Source: an uncultured Gammaproteobacteria bacterium
GTDB taxonomy: Bacteria > Patescibacteriota > Patescibacteriia > 2-12-FULL-60-25
Direction of reading: 5' to 3'
Assembly: GCA_964392485.1 (NCBI GenBank)
Contig: CAYMPS010000002.1
Location: 1-32,712, forward strand
DNA length: 32,712 nt
Both the position numbers and the translations under genes were made by a program. Positions 1-8,582 of the stretch are shown piece after piece. A model generated the notes under the pieces. The model was not told the origin of the DNA. It worked only from the letters and a program-made list of their open reading frames with translations, and ran no database searches. The first letter of the stretch is position 1. Each line of letters opens with the position of its first letter.

Positions 1-27
1 CTTCGGTCTTCCCAAGGCCTTTCAGAA
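1..27 (+). repeat. 3' half of the 66-nt intergenic hairpin repeat (copy 1, cut by the window edge)
   Basis: CTTCGGTCTTCCCAAGGCCTTTCAGAA matches the 3' end of the copies at 330-395 and 757-822 (CTTCGGCCTTCCCAAGGCCCTTCGGAA) with 3 mismatches. Confidence 0.85.
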
Positions 28-48
28 ATAAAGAAAAGAAGGTAGACG

Positions 49-315
49 ATGGCACAAAATGAAAAAAGACCAAGCACTCCAAGTTTTGACGCAGAATTAT
101 TTGGGAATATAAGTGAAGGTGTAGAGCCCGAGATATGTGCTGAAGCTAAAAGGCAACTCCTTCTTCATTGGTATGCTCATCGTCCATTTGAAGAGCGGCC
201 TCAAGAGCTGCGGTCGGTGAAAAAGGGTTTGCATGCACCACCGTCTACTAAATTGTTGGTTGGCGCTCATGAACTCATAGAGAAATATTATCGCCAGCGC
301 TTGAAGGGTGTTTGA
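49..315 (+). CDS. Small hypothetical protein, MAQ-array member 1 (88 aa)
   Basis: ORF with purine-rich RBS (AGAAGG); starts MAQNEK like its neighbours; lies between hairpin repeats. Confidence 0.75.
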   Translation: MAQNEKRPSTPSFDAELFGNISEGVEPEICAEAKRQLLLHWYAHRPFEERPQELRSVKKGLHAPPSTKLLVGAHELIEKYYRQRLKGV

Positions 316-329
316 TTCTTGAAGAGTCT

Positions 330-395
330 TTCCGACCGGCCTCACGCAGGCCGAAGCGACCACTCTCGCTTCGGCCTTCCCAAGGCCCTTCGGAA
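330..395 (+). repeat. 66-nt imperfect hairpin repeat (copy 2)
   Basis: TTCCGA/TCGGAA outer stem, GGCCT/AGGCC middle stem, AGGCCGAAGCGA/TCGCTTCGGCCT 12-bp inner stem with loop CCACTC; starts 14 nt after a stop codon. Confidence 0.92.
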
Positions 396-448
396 CGCGT
401 TCGGTCAAGGCGCACATTCACAATTCTTCGAAGGAGCTTGGAGGAATC

Positions 449-745
449 ATGGCACAGCCAGAGAAGGATGAGGAGTTCGAGAGGTTCTTGAACGAGAGAA
501 TTGAGAAACTTGTGGCATCGACGCTCTTAGTGGCGAGGCGTGCCTTTTACGGCACGTATTACAGGCGTCTTTTCCCAGACGTTCCGGAACTTATGTCTGG
601 GGACTGCAGTCCGCGGCAATTACGACTTCGAGTCTTGCCTGAAGCGCTTGAAGTTGGTCAGGATTGGTGCGCGCTGTTTCTTCAAGCGAAGCCTAAAGCA
701 CGGGATCCGTACCTCACGATTTATTCGGAAGGGTGCATGGACTAA
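449..745 (+). CDS. Small hypothetical protein, MAQ-array member 2 (98 aa)
   Basis: RBS GGAGG; N-terminus MAQPEKDEEFER and an AR..(F/Y)YG..Y.RLF motif shared with 848-1114. Confidence 0.8.
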   Translation: MAQPEKDEEFERFLNERIEKLVASTLLVARRAFYGTYYRRLFPDVPELMSGDCSPRQLRLRVLPEALEVGQDWCALFLQAKPKARDPYLTIYSEGCMD

Positions 746-756
746 GTCTGTAGTTC

Positions 757-822
757 TTCCGACCGGCCTCACGCAGGCCGAAGCGATCCCTCTCGCTTCG
801 GCCTTCCCAAGGCCCTTCGGAA
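757..822 (+). repeat. 66-nt imperfect hairpin repeat (copy 3)
   Basis: Identical to 330-395 except two loop bases (TCCCTC vs CCACTC); starts 11 nt after a stop codon. Confidence 0.92.
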
Positions 823-847
823 GGGCGTTACACGAAAAGGAGGAATC

Positions 848-1114
848 ATGGCACAGCCAGAAAAGGATGATGAATTCGAGCGATACATCGAGAGCGAGAG
901 TCCCGGTGTGATCGACTCAGCGCGATCACGATACTACGGCGAGTCGTACGACCGCCTCTTCGCGCCTGTGGTGACGGCCGCGCCACCTCCTGGAGATCGC
1001 ATGCTCCTCTACCCAGTGCATACCGACGCGGAGAACGCCCGCGCGGAGTCGCTTGTCAGCGAATACAGCGACCAGTTCCCGGAACGCGCCATGCGCTACG
1101 GATTCCAGGAGTAG
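848..1114 (+). CDS. Small hypothetical protein, MAQ-array member 3 (88 aa)
   Basis: RBS AAGGAGG; MAQPEKDDEFER; paralog of 449-745. Confidence 0.8.
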   Translation: MAQPEKDDEFERYIESESPGVIDSARSRYYGESYDRLFAPVVTAAPPPGDRMLLYPVHTDAENARAESLVSEYSDQFPERAMRYGFQE

Positions 1115-1126
1115 GAGCCACTACCA

Positions 1127-1156
1127 TCCACCCGCCGGCACTTCCTGGCGGGTGGA
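1127..1156 (+). terminator. GC-rich hairpin after array ORF 3 (terminator or stabiliser)
   Basis: TCCACCCGCCGG / CTGGCGGGTGGA inverted repeat; weak U-tract. Confidence 0.5.
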
Positions 1157-1176
1157 CTTATGTGGGATGAACATCG

Positions 1177-1311
1177 ATGCAACGCCAGATTCAACTCATC
1201 CTTCCCGTCCTAGTCAAGGCCAAGCCAGGAGCGAGCCGGCGGGCAATCGAGAAGGAATCGTTCGTAAGTATCTATATGGCCTATCACGAGGACGAGGAAT
1301 TGGCCTCTTAG
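1177..1311 (+). pseudogene. Probable 5'-truncated fourth array paralog (44 aa)
   Basis: MQRQIQLILPVLVKAKPGA...FVSIY resembles the C-terminal half of 449-745 (RQLRL...AKPKA...YLTIY); followed by a degenerate repeat copy. Confidence 0.4.
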
Positions 1312-1317
1312 TCCCTC

Positions 1318-1395
1318 TTCCGACCGACCTCGCGCACGGCTTGACCAGATCGCCGTTTCGTGCCATCTTACCAGCAGTCCATTCCGCGTTCGGAG
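1318..1395 (+). repeat. Degenerate copy 4 of the array hairpin
   Basis: TTCCGACCGACCTCGCGCA matches the repeat 5' end (2 mismatches), 6 nt after a stop codon; possible closing TCGGAG at 1390-1395. Confidence 0.5.
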
Positions 1396-1440
1396 CCCAT
1401 ATCCTCCAGTTCAGGAGCTTCGGCGTGTGTACGTTGTCTC

Positions 1441-1474
1441 GCCGGCTGTCTTTCATCGGACAGCCGGTTTTTTC
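1441..1474 (+). terminator. Rho-independent terminator closing the array
   Basis: GCCGGCTGTC/GACAGCCGGT stem followed by a T-tract. Confidence 0.75.
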
Positions 1475-1542
1475 TTCCCCCGGCTTGACCAAGACCGCGT
1501 TTAGTGGTATGAACGTCACGGACCAAACGAAAGGAGAGACCA

Positions 1543-2001
1543 TTGGACAACCCAACAGACCCCTCGGCTATTCCGTTGCACGAACGCCCCACGGAGCCGC
1601 CGGAAGACGAGCCTTCGTCGCCCGCTGACCATGAGCGGGAGACCCTGCCGCCATACGACAGGGACCGGCCCACCATGATCGTGGAGGATCCGAATCTCGG
1701 ATCGCTGGCCGACGCCTGCCGTGTCATCGTGACGAATGCCAACATCTTGTCCCGATGCGAGACGTTCACGCCGCAGACGAGAGTCAAATTTCGGATCATC
1801 GGAAGCGACCTGCGCAAGCTTTTAGAGCCCTCGGCCTTGAAGTCTTCTTCCGAGCTGAAAGCCAAAGCAAACAAGGTGCTTTCGAAATACGTTGCGGACA
1901 TTGAAAAGGCTATGCGCCTCCTCAAGAAGCCGCCGTCTTCGGAGAAAATGGCCGCATACAACACCTTTCAGCGGGCCAACAGCCTGATCAAAAGCATCTA
2001 A
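1543..2001 (+). CDS. Hypothetical protein (152 aa, Pro/acidic N-terminus, helical C-terminus)
   Basis: TTG start with AAAGGAG RBS; upstream TTGACC-N17-TATGAA promoter-like motif. Confidence 0.65.
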   Translation: MDNPTDPSAIPLHERPTEPPEDEPSSPADHERETLPPYDRDRPTMIVEDPNLGSLADACRVIVTNANILSRCETFTPQTRVKFRIIGSDLRKLLEPSALKSSSELKAKANKVLSKYVADIEKAMRLLKKPPSSEKMAAYNTFQRANSLIKSI

Positions 2002-2137
2002 GGCCGCTCTTCTCCACACGGGGTTTCACTTCTTATATGCGACATCCCGCACGAACGCACGCTCAATGCCTCGAGCGTGCGTTTCTTTTTATCCAACCCT
2101 TGCCGAGCCTCTCGCGAACCGCTACTCTATCCTTCGT

Positions 2138-3421
2138 ATGCGCATGACCAAACTGTTTACCAAAACCACCAAAGAAGCGCCTCAGGACGCGGAGAGTGCG
2201 AATGCCAGGTTGCTCGCACGGGCGGGCTTCGTAGATCAGCACATGGCCGGAGTGTATTCCTACCTTCCGCTCGGACTTCGCGTGTTAAAGAACATCCAGC
2301 GGATCGTACGCGAGGAAATGGATGCGATCGGCGGACAGGAAGTACTCCTTCCGGCGCTTTTATCATCTGAGCCATGGAAGAAGACCGGACGGTGGGAAGA
2401 CCCGGGTCCGGAGGTCATGTTCCAGTTCAGGGGCGCCGGAGACCGTGACGTGGGGCTCGGGTGGACGCATGAGGAAATCATCACGCCCCTCATGCAGAAG
2501 TTCGTGCACTCGTACCAGGACCTGCCCGTGGCCGTATATCAGATACAGGATAAGTTTCGGAACGAGCTCCGCGCAAAGTCCGGCATATTGCGCGGCCGCG
2601 AGTTCAACATGAAGGATCTCTACAGCTTCCATGCGTCCGTCGACGATCTTGAGGAGTACTATGACAAGGTGCTCGAAGCCTATTTGCGTGTGTTCACGCG
2701 TTGCGGCATCCGCGCGATCCCCACGGAAGCGAGCGGCGGGTCGTTTTCCAAGATCAGTCATGAGTTCCAGATGCCCACGGAGAGCGGGGAGGACACCATC
2801 TTCGTGAACGAGGCCGGGGACTACGCATGGAACAAGGAGGTCGTGCCGGATATAAAGGACGGGGATCCGGCGCCGGACGGATCGGGGAAGGTCAAGGAAA
2901 TGAAAGCGGTTGAGGTCGGAAACATCTTCAAACTCAAGACGAAGTACACGGAAGCGTTCGACATGACGTTTACGGATGAGAGCGGGGAGCGCAAACCCGT
3001 TCAGATGGGATGCTACGGCATCGGCCCGTCACGCGTCATGGGGTCGATCGTCGAAGCATCGCACGATGATGCGGGCATGATCTGGCCGAAGTCCGTAGCT
3101 CCGTACCCCGTTCATCTCGTGAGTATTACCTCGAACGATGAAGAGATGAATGAGCGCGTTCGCTCCGTTGCGGAAGGCATTGCGGATGATTTGGAGAAGT
3201 GTTGCGGCATCGAGGTCCTCTGGGATGACCGATCGGACGTTTCGGCCGGCGAGAAGTTCGCGGACGCGGATCTCATCGGCATTCCGCTCCGCCTCGTCGT
3301 ATCCAAAAAAACGCTCGCAGAAGATTCCGCGGAGTGGCGCCAGCGAGGCTCGGATGAAACGCGCCTCATCAAGATCGAAGGCATACGGGAAGAGGTGGAG
3401 GCGTACGTGAAGGAGGAATAA
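2138..3421 (+). CDS. proS: Proline--tRNA ligase, short form without the INS editing domain
   Basis: Class II motifs (YSYLPLG, KFRNELR..SGILRGREF.MKD.YSFH, EVGNIFKL, MGCYGIG) and anticodon-binding domain; start placed at MRMTKLF. Confidence 0.96.
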   Translation: MRMTKLFTKTTKEAPQDAESANARLLARAGFVDQHMAGVYSYLPLGLRVLKNIQRIVREEMDAIGGQEVLLPALLSSEPWKKTGRWEDPGPEVMFQFRGAGDRDVGLGWTHEEIITPLMQKFVHSYQDLPVAVYQIQDKFRNELRAKSGILRGREFNMKDLYSFHASVDDLEEYYDKVLEAYLRVFTRCGIRAIPTEASGGSFSKISHEFQMPTESGEDTIFVNEAGDYAWNKEVVPDIKDGDPAPDGSGKVKEMKAVEVGNIFKLKTKYTEAFDMTFTDESGERKPVQMGCYGIGPSRVMGSIVEASHDDAGMIWPKSVAPYPVHLVSITSNDEEMNERVRSVAEGIADDLEKCCGIEVLWDDRSDVSAGEKFADADLIGIPLRLVVSKKTLAEDSAEWRQRGSDETRLIKIEGIREEVEAYVKEE

Positions 3422-3547
3422 TTGACGCCCGCCCGCCGGCAGGGGTCTCGAATGACGAATTTCTCTTTTTTAATTTTATCGTTCTGAACGGAAGATTTTT
3501 TCAGACTTTATTTATAATTTCAGCTAAAAAATGATAGAATGTTTCTC

Positions 3548-4081
3548 ATGTTTGAGAAAAGGGGATTCACGCTCATTGAGCTTTTGGTCGTTATTGCCAT
3601 CATCGGCCTTTTGGCCACCATGGCTGTGGTCGCATTTGGAAACGCGCAGATGAAGGCAGAGGCCACTGCGATTGTCGCTGATCTTAAAAGCCTTGAAAAG
3701 GCCTTCACAATGTTCGCGGATGAGTCCGGGCGGACGACGTGGTGGACGGAAACAGAGCTTGGCGTCGGTGCCAATCCGACGATCGCGACTGTGATCGCAG
3801 GCACGAATTTTTCAAACTACATTGGCAAAGCTCCCACGTTTGACGGAAATGCACCTAGGTTTGACAGTGACGGCGACACTTTTGATGCAGATGGTGACGG
3901 ATGTGATACGGGCGTCTTAAAAGGAGTAAATATTTACTTCGGCCTTTCGGCAAATCTTCAAACGGAAATCGACAGAATTGTGGACGGCGGAGACGGGGGA
4001 ACATGCGGAAAGGTAGTCATAAGCGGCACTACGACATTGCTCTATAAACTCGGCAAGAGCCCTTCGGATTTTCCATTTTGA
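3548..4081 (+). CDS. Type IV pilin-like protein
   Basis: Class III signal KRG/FTLIELLVVIAIIGLLA; C-terminal Cys pair; start could be 3539. Confidence 0.9.
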   Translation: MFEKRGFTLIELLVVIAIIGLLATMAVVAFGNAQMKAEATAIVADLKSLEKAFTMFADESGRTTWWTETELGVGANPTIATVIAGTNFSNYIGKAPTFDGNAPRFDSDGDTFDADGDGCDTGVLKGVNIYFGLSANLQTEIDRIVDGGDGGTCGKVVISGTTTLLYKLGKSPSDFPF

Positions 4082-4230
4082 GCATCCGGGCCTGCGGATG
4101 GTTTCATTCGTGATGCGGTGGACTGAAGTCCGTGACAACCGGAAGCGATGTAAATATTTACGCAGCGGATTTCAATTACTGCTATTTCCCTGCGGGGTTC
4201 TATCCGTAATACATCGTTGGAACGGAACGA

Positions 4231-4261
4231 AAAACACTCCCGAGACGTTAGGAGTGTTCTT
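4231..4261. terminator. Probable bidirectional terminator between pilin and pilT
   Basis: AACACTCC/GGAGTGTT stem flanked by A and T runs. Confidence 0.55.
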
Positions 4262-4267
4262 CGTCTA

Positions 4268-4422
4268 AGGAACACGTTACACGTTCCAAGGAACAAATAA
4301 AATCCAATACGCAATGTTCATGCTTCAAACTTTCTTTTTAGAGCACGTGCTTTACGTGAGAGGTTTGAAATTTGAAATTTGAATATTGGAATTTATTTGT
4401 TCCTTGTATCTTGTTCCTTGTT
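4268..4422. repeat. Heptamer-rich imperfect palindrome
   Basis: CAAGGAACAAATAAAATCCAATA...TTCAAAC inverted against GTTTGAA...TATTGGAATTTATTTGTTCCTTG; TTGAAAT tandem units. Confidence 0.6.
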
Positions 4423-4433
4423 TCTCGCAACGT

Positions 4434-5492
4434 CTACTCCAATATTTCCGGATTTCTGGCGTGCGCCATAGCTGTTTCGCGGTTGATGAATCCTTCACCG
4501 AGCAGCCATTTGAGCTCCTGATCCAGCGTGTTCATGTGTTCATCCGGCGAAGAGTAGAGCACGTTTTGAATCTGGTTCGTTTTGCTTTCCCGAATGAGGT
4601 TGCCGATGGCCACATTGTTCACGAGGACTTCGTGCGCGGCGATTTGCGTCCCGTCTACTTTCGGAATGAGGATTTGCGAGATGACGCCGGCAAGAACCAT
4701 GGCGAGCTGAAGACGGATCTGCTGTTGCTGGTCCGAGGGGAACACGTTCACGATACGATCGATCGTTTCCGGTGCGCTGTTCGTATGGAGGGTGGCGAAC
4801 ACGAGGTGGCCGGTTTCCGCGAGCGTGATGGCTGCGCTGATCGTTTCGAGGTTCCGCATTTCGCCAACGAGAATAACGTCCGGATCCTGGCGAAGCACGT
4901 GTTTCAGCCCTTCTTCAAAGCTCAAAAAGTCGCTCCCGTATTCACGTTGAGCAATGACGCTCTCTTTGGAGGTATACATGAATTCAATCGGATCCTCGAG
5001 CGTAAGGATGTGCCTCTTATCCGTTGCGTTGATTTCCTCGATCATGGAAGCGAGGAGCGTGGATTTTCCCGCTCCGGTCGGACCGGTGACGAGCACGAGT
5101 CCCATATCGCTCTTTGCGAAGTCATACACGGCTTCGGGTGCGAGGAGATCGTCGAGCGATGGAATGACTTGCGGAATGTACCGTGCGGCGAGCGCCGGAT
5201 TGCCCTTCTCCCAAAACAAGTTGATGCGAAACCGCTCTCCGCTCGGGAGGACGAGGGAGCGATCAAGTTCTTTCTGCGTATGAAAACGTTCGTGCTGCTC
5301 CTTGCTGAGCGTTTCTTCAATATACCTGAGGAGCGTTGCTTCCGTGAATTTCGGGAATTTATCTTGCGCCTGCAGGACGCCGTTTGTGCGATAGATCGGG
5401 GGGTGGCCGACCATGCAGTGAACATCTGAAGCGTTTAGCTCCTCCGCTTTTTTAAGTACAGGGTATAAACCTGATTTTGTATCAATGGGCAT
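4434..5492 (-). CDS. pilT: Type IV pilus retraction ATPase (PilT/PilU family)
   Basis: Walker A GPTGAGKST, Asp box EDPIE, Walker B DPDVILVGEMR, His box TLHTNSA, AIGNLIRE motif. Confidence 0.93.
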   Translation of the reverse strand: MPIDTKSGLYPVLKKAEELNASDVHCMVGHPPIYRTNGVLQAQDKFPKFTEATLLRYIEETLSKEQHERFHTQKELDRSLVLPSGERFRINLFWEKGNPALAARYIPQVIPSLDDLLAPEAVYDFAKSDMGLVLVTGPTGAGKSTLLASMIEEINATDKRHILTLEDPIEFMYTSKESVIAQREYGSDFLSFEEGLKHVLRQDPDVILVGEMRNLETISAAITLAETGHLVFATLHTNSAPETIDRIVNVFPSDQQQQIRLQLAMVLAGVISQILIPKVDGTQIAAHEVLVNNVAIGNLIRESKTNQIQNVLYSSPDEHMNTLDQELKWLLGEGFINRETAMAHARNPEILE

Positions 5493-5547
5493 AGATTCGT
5501 GTATGCGTATTGTACCATATCCATTGGTTTAGGGCTGAGGGTCTGAT

Positions 5548-5613
5548 TGGAATAGGAATACGGAATACGGAATGACGAACGTCTCCGTCTTCCGTATTCC
5601 TATTCCCATATTC
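5548..5613. repeat. Inverted heptamer repeat (GGAATAC)n / (GTATTCC)n
   Basis: GGAATAGGAATACGGAATACGGAA paired with TTCCGTATTCCTATTCC. Confidence 0.75.
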
Positions 5614-5618
5614 AAACA

Positions 5619-5645
5619 CAACAAAACTCCCCGTTTCCGAGGAGC
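5619..5645 (-). terminator. hup terminator
   Basis: Minus strand GCTCCTCG-GAAA-CGGGGAGT followed by TTTGTT. Confidence 0.75.
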
Positions 5646-5659
5646 CTCTTTTTTCTTTT

Positions 5660-6031
5660 TTAAAAGCTTGGTGCTTGATGTTCCGGCGGTGCAGGCGCTT
5701 CGCTCTCCGGCGGCGTTGGCGGAGGAGGAGGGAGGTCAACGGGCGCTTCCTTCTTTGTTTTGAGTGCGTCCTTCAATCCCTTTCCCGCTTTAAATTTCGG
5801 CACGGTTACCGAGGGAATTTGTATTTTTTCGCTTGGATTTTGGGGATTGACTCCCGTGCGCCCCTTTCGCTGTTTGGACATGAACGCACCGAATCCCGCG
5901 ATGGTTACTTCTCCGCCCTTCTGGAGCGTTTCGGTAACGATTTTTACGTACGCTTCAACCATGTCTTCGGCCTGCTTTTTTGTGACGCCGACTTCGTCGG
6001 CAATATGCGTTATGAGCTCGGCTTTATTCAT
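5660..6031 (-). CDS. hup: HU family DNA-binding protein with a Pro-rich C-terminal tail
   Basis: MNKAELI...GFGAF...RTGVNPQ...VPKFKAGKGLKDAL signature. Confidence 0.95.
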   Translation of the reverse strand: MNKAELITHIADEVGVTKKQAEDMVEAYVKIVTETLQKGGEVTIAGFGAFMSKQRKGRTGVNPQNPSEKIQIPSVTVPKFKAGKGLKDALKTKKEAPVDLPPPPPTPPESEAPAPPEHQAPSF

Positions 6032-6101
6032 AGAAATGACGTTGACCAATCGGGTCAAATGATTAAATGGCGTATCCAGGTGGAGAATACTCCTTTTTTG
6101 G

Positions 6102-6914
6102 CTAAACCACAACAAATTCACGAAAGAGGTCAACCCTCTCCGCCATACCGGTATCCAGATTCATTTGAATGAGGATACCGTCCATTTCCGCTTTTCCGCT
6201 CGTTTCCAGATCATATGGCGTTTTCATTCCGGTCAAAAATCGCTTTAGTACGCTCTTTTTTTCAAATCCGAGGACCGAATCCGCTGCTCCGACGCGCCCA
6301 ATATCCGTACAGTAGGCTGTACCTCCTGGGAGAATTTTCGCATCAGAGGTCTGCACGTGCGTATGCGTGCCCACAACGGCTCCGACGCGCCCGTCCGCAT
6401 GATGTCCCAGCGCTTCCTTCTCCGCCGTGAGTTCCGCATGGAAATCAACGAATATGATCTGCGGCTCGTCAGCCTCATGCGCTTTCAAGATCGTATCGAG
6501 CGCATGGAACGGATTTTCAATCGCCTCATCATTCGGCATGGCAAGCTGGCCGCTCAGGTTTACGAGCAGGATGCGCACTCCGCCGGCGGTCTTGTAGATC
6601 GTTGATCCGTTGCCCGGTTCTCCGCGGCGCATGTTCGCCGGCCGGATCAGGCGATGGCTCCATGCCGGATCGTCAAGGAGAGCTACTCCGCTGTCGTTTC
6701 CCCAAACATGATTCCCGGATGTGAACGCATCAATCCCCGCACGATCCAGTTCTTCCATGCCGGAAGGGGAGATGCCCACGCCGTGTGAAAGATTTTCGAC
6801 GTTCGCAATCGTTACGTCCGGTTCGTACTTCTTTTTAAGATCAAAAAGCCCCTTCGTGATCGCATTGCGTCCGAGCTTGCCTACGATGTCGCCCAGGAAG
6901 AGGATGCGGAACAT
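6102..6914 (-). CDS. ymdB: YmdB-family metallophosphoesterase (TIGR00282)
   Basis: ILFLGDIVG, NVEN..HG, TSGNH, DFHAE, GTHTHVQT motifs; adjacent to rny. Confidence 0.93.
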   Translation of the reverse strand: MFRILFLGDIVGKLGRNAITKGLFDLKKKYEPDVTIANVENLSHGVGISPSGMEELDRAGIDAFTSGNHVWGNDSGVALLDDPAWSHRLIRPANMRRGEPGNGSTIYKTAGGVRILLVNLSGQLAMPNDEAIENPFHALDTILKAHEADEPQIIFVDFHAELTAEKEALGHHADGRVGAVVGTHTHVQTSDAKILPGGTAYCTDIGRVGAADSVLGFEKKSVLKRFLTGMKTPYDLETSGKAEMDGILIQMNLDTGMAERVDLFREFVVV

Positions 6915-7047
6915 ATCGTTATTACGCATATCGCATTGCGCATTGCGCATTTTTTAAAATGCGTTTTCTGCCGTTCAATTCGGCATTGCGGCTCTTGGTC
7001 ACAGAACGGGGGAGGAGAAAATTCGCAATGCGTAATGCGAAATTGAG

Positions 7048-8571
7048 TTACCGGGCGTACTCCACGATCCGTTTTTCCCGGATCAGCGTCACTCGGATTT
7101 CTCCCGGGTATTTCAATTCCGCTTCCAGCTTGGCGGCAATATCGCGTGCGAGTTTTTCCGCAGTCAGGTCGTCGATTTCCGAGGGGTTCACGAACACGCG
7201 TATTTCGCGTCCGGCTTGAATCGCATACGTACGCTCAATGCCGTCAAAGCTGTTCACGACGTTTTCGAGTTCCTCAAGGCGCTTCACGTACATCTCAAAC
7301 GAATCTTTGCGCGCACCGGGCCGCGCGCCGCTGATGGCATCCGCCGCTTTGACGATGACGGCCTCGAGCGTCCGCGGCTTGTCCTCGTGGTGTCCGATGG
7401 ATTGGTAGCAAACTTCTTCGGACATGCCGAATTTTTTCAGGATTTGAAGTCCGAGCTCCGGGTGGCCTCCCTGCAGATCATGGTCAACGGCTTTGCCGAT
7501 GTCATGGAGCAGTCCGCCCAATCGGCACACTTTGAGATCCGCATCGAGCTGTTCGCCGATCGCAACCGAAAGCTTCGCGACTTCGATGGAGTGGAGGAGT
7601 CCGTTCTGTCCGTAGCTCGTGCGGTACTTCATGCGTCCCAAAATTTGTATGAGCTTCGGATCGAGTTCCGCGGTCGAGATGCCGAGTTCATACAGGGCGT
7701 CCTCTCCGGCTTTCTTCATGTCCAGAGCGAGTTCGCGCTTCGCTTCTCCAATCGCGTCTTCGATGCGTCCGGGATGGATGCGCCCGTCCTTAATGAGCTT
7801 GGTGAGCGCTCGTTTGGCTACTTGGCGGCGGATGGGTGAAAATCCGCTGATCGTGAGCATGCCCGGCGTCTCATCCACAATAAGCTCGCAGCCCGTGAGC
7901 TGCTCGATCGCTTTGATGTTTCTCCCTTCGCGTCCGATGATGCGTCCCTTCATCTCGTCGCTCGGAAGTTCCACGTACGACGTCGTGGTCTCCTGCACAT
8001 GGCTTCCCGCCTGGCGTTGAACGGCCACGGCCAAGATGTTCTTCGCTTTCTTGTCGATTTCATCCTGCGATTCTTCATCCAGCTTCCTGATGCGCGAAAG
8101 GATCGTATCCTGATTCTGCTCTTCCACGAGCTGCAGGATGCGTTCGAGCGCCTGATCTTTGTTCAGGCCGGACACCTCTTCGATTTTTTTAACCTCCTCC
8201 TCTTTCATGGCGTCCACTTCCTTCATTTTGGCTTCGATGGATGCCACGTTCGCTTCGATCTGCTTTTTCTGCTCATCGATCTCAAGGAGTTTGGAACTGA
8301 ACGTTTTTTCACGCTCGCTCAACTCCATGCGTTCCGCGCTCATTTCATCAAGCAATTTTTTCTGATCCAGACGAGCTTCCTCGAGGATTTTAACAGCCTT
8401 GTCTTTGGCGCGAATAAGCACGTCCTTTTCTTTGGACTCGGCCTCTTGGATGATTTTTACCGCTTTGGCTTCCGCGGAGTTGATATTGCTCTTTCCCTTC
8501 TGATCACGGATGAACCATCCGATGCCGCCGCCGATGGCCGCACCGATAACAACATAAAGCACATATATCAT
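7048..8571 (-). CDS. rny: Ribonuclease Y
   Basis: N-terminal TM, coiled coil, KH domain (MKGRIIGREGRNI), HD domain (LLHDIGKA), ADAISGARPGAR. Confidence 0.97.
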   Translation of the reverse strand: MIYVLYVVIGAAIGGGIGWFIRDQKGKSNINSAEAKAVKIIQEAESKEKDVLIRAKDKAVKILEEARLDQKKLLDEMSAERMELSEREKTFSSKLLEIDEQKKQIEANVASIEAKMKEVDAMKEEEVKKIEEVSGLNKDQALERILQLVEEQNQDTILSRIRKLDEESQDEIDKKAKNILAVAVQRQAGSHVQETTTSYVELPSDEMKGRIIGREGRNIKAIEQLTGCELIVDETPGMLTISGFSPIRRQVAKRALTKLIKDGRIHPGRIEDAIGEAKRELALDMKKAGEDALYELGISTAELDPKLIQILGRMKYRTSYGQNGLLHSIEVAKLSVAIGEQLDADLKVCRLGGLLHDIGKAVDHDLQGGHPELGLQILKKFGMSEEVCYQSIGHHEDKPRTLEAVIVKAADAISGARPGARKDSFEMYVKRLEELENVVNSFDGIERTYAIQAGREIRVFVNPSEIDDLTAEKLARDIAAKLEAELKYPGEIRVTLIREKRIVEYAR

Positions 8572-8582
8572 ATATTCGTGCC

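Noticed and set aside
1-822. CRISPR array or classical integron attC sites
   Set aside because: Repeats are 66 nt, spacers are 300-360 nt and contain whole ORFs, there are no RYYYAAC/GTTRRRY boxes, and no cas or intI gene is in the window
1053-1628. 191-aa plus-strand ORF and overlapping minus-strand ORFs
   Set aside because: They cross hairpins, a terminator and a promoter and have no RBS or recognisable motif
4386-5429. 347-aa ORF antisense to pilT
   Set aside because: Shadow frame of a well-supported gene
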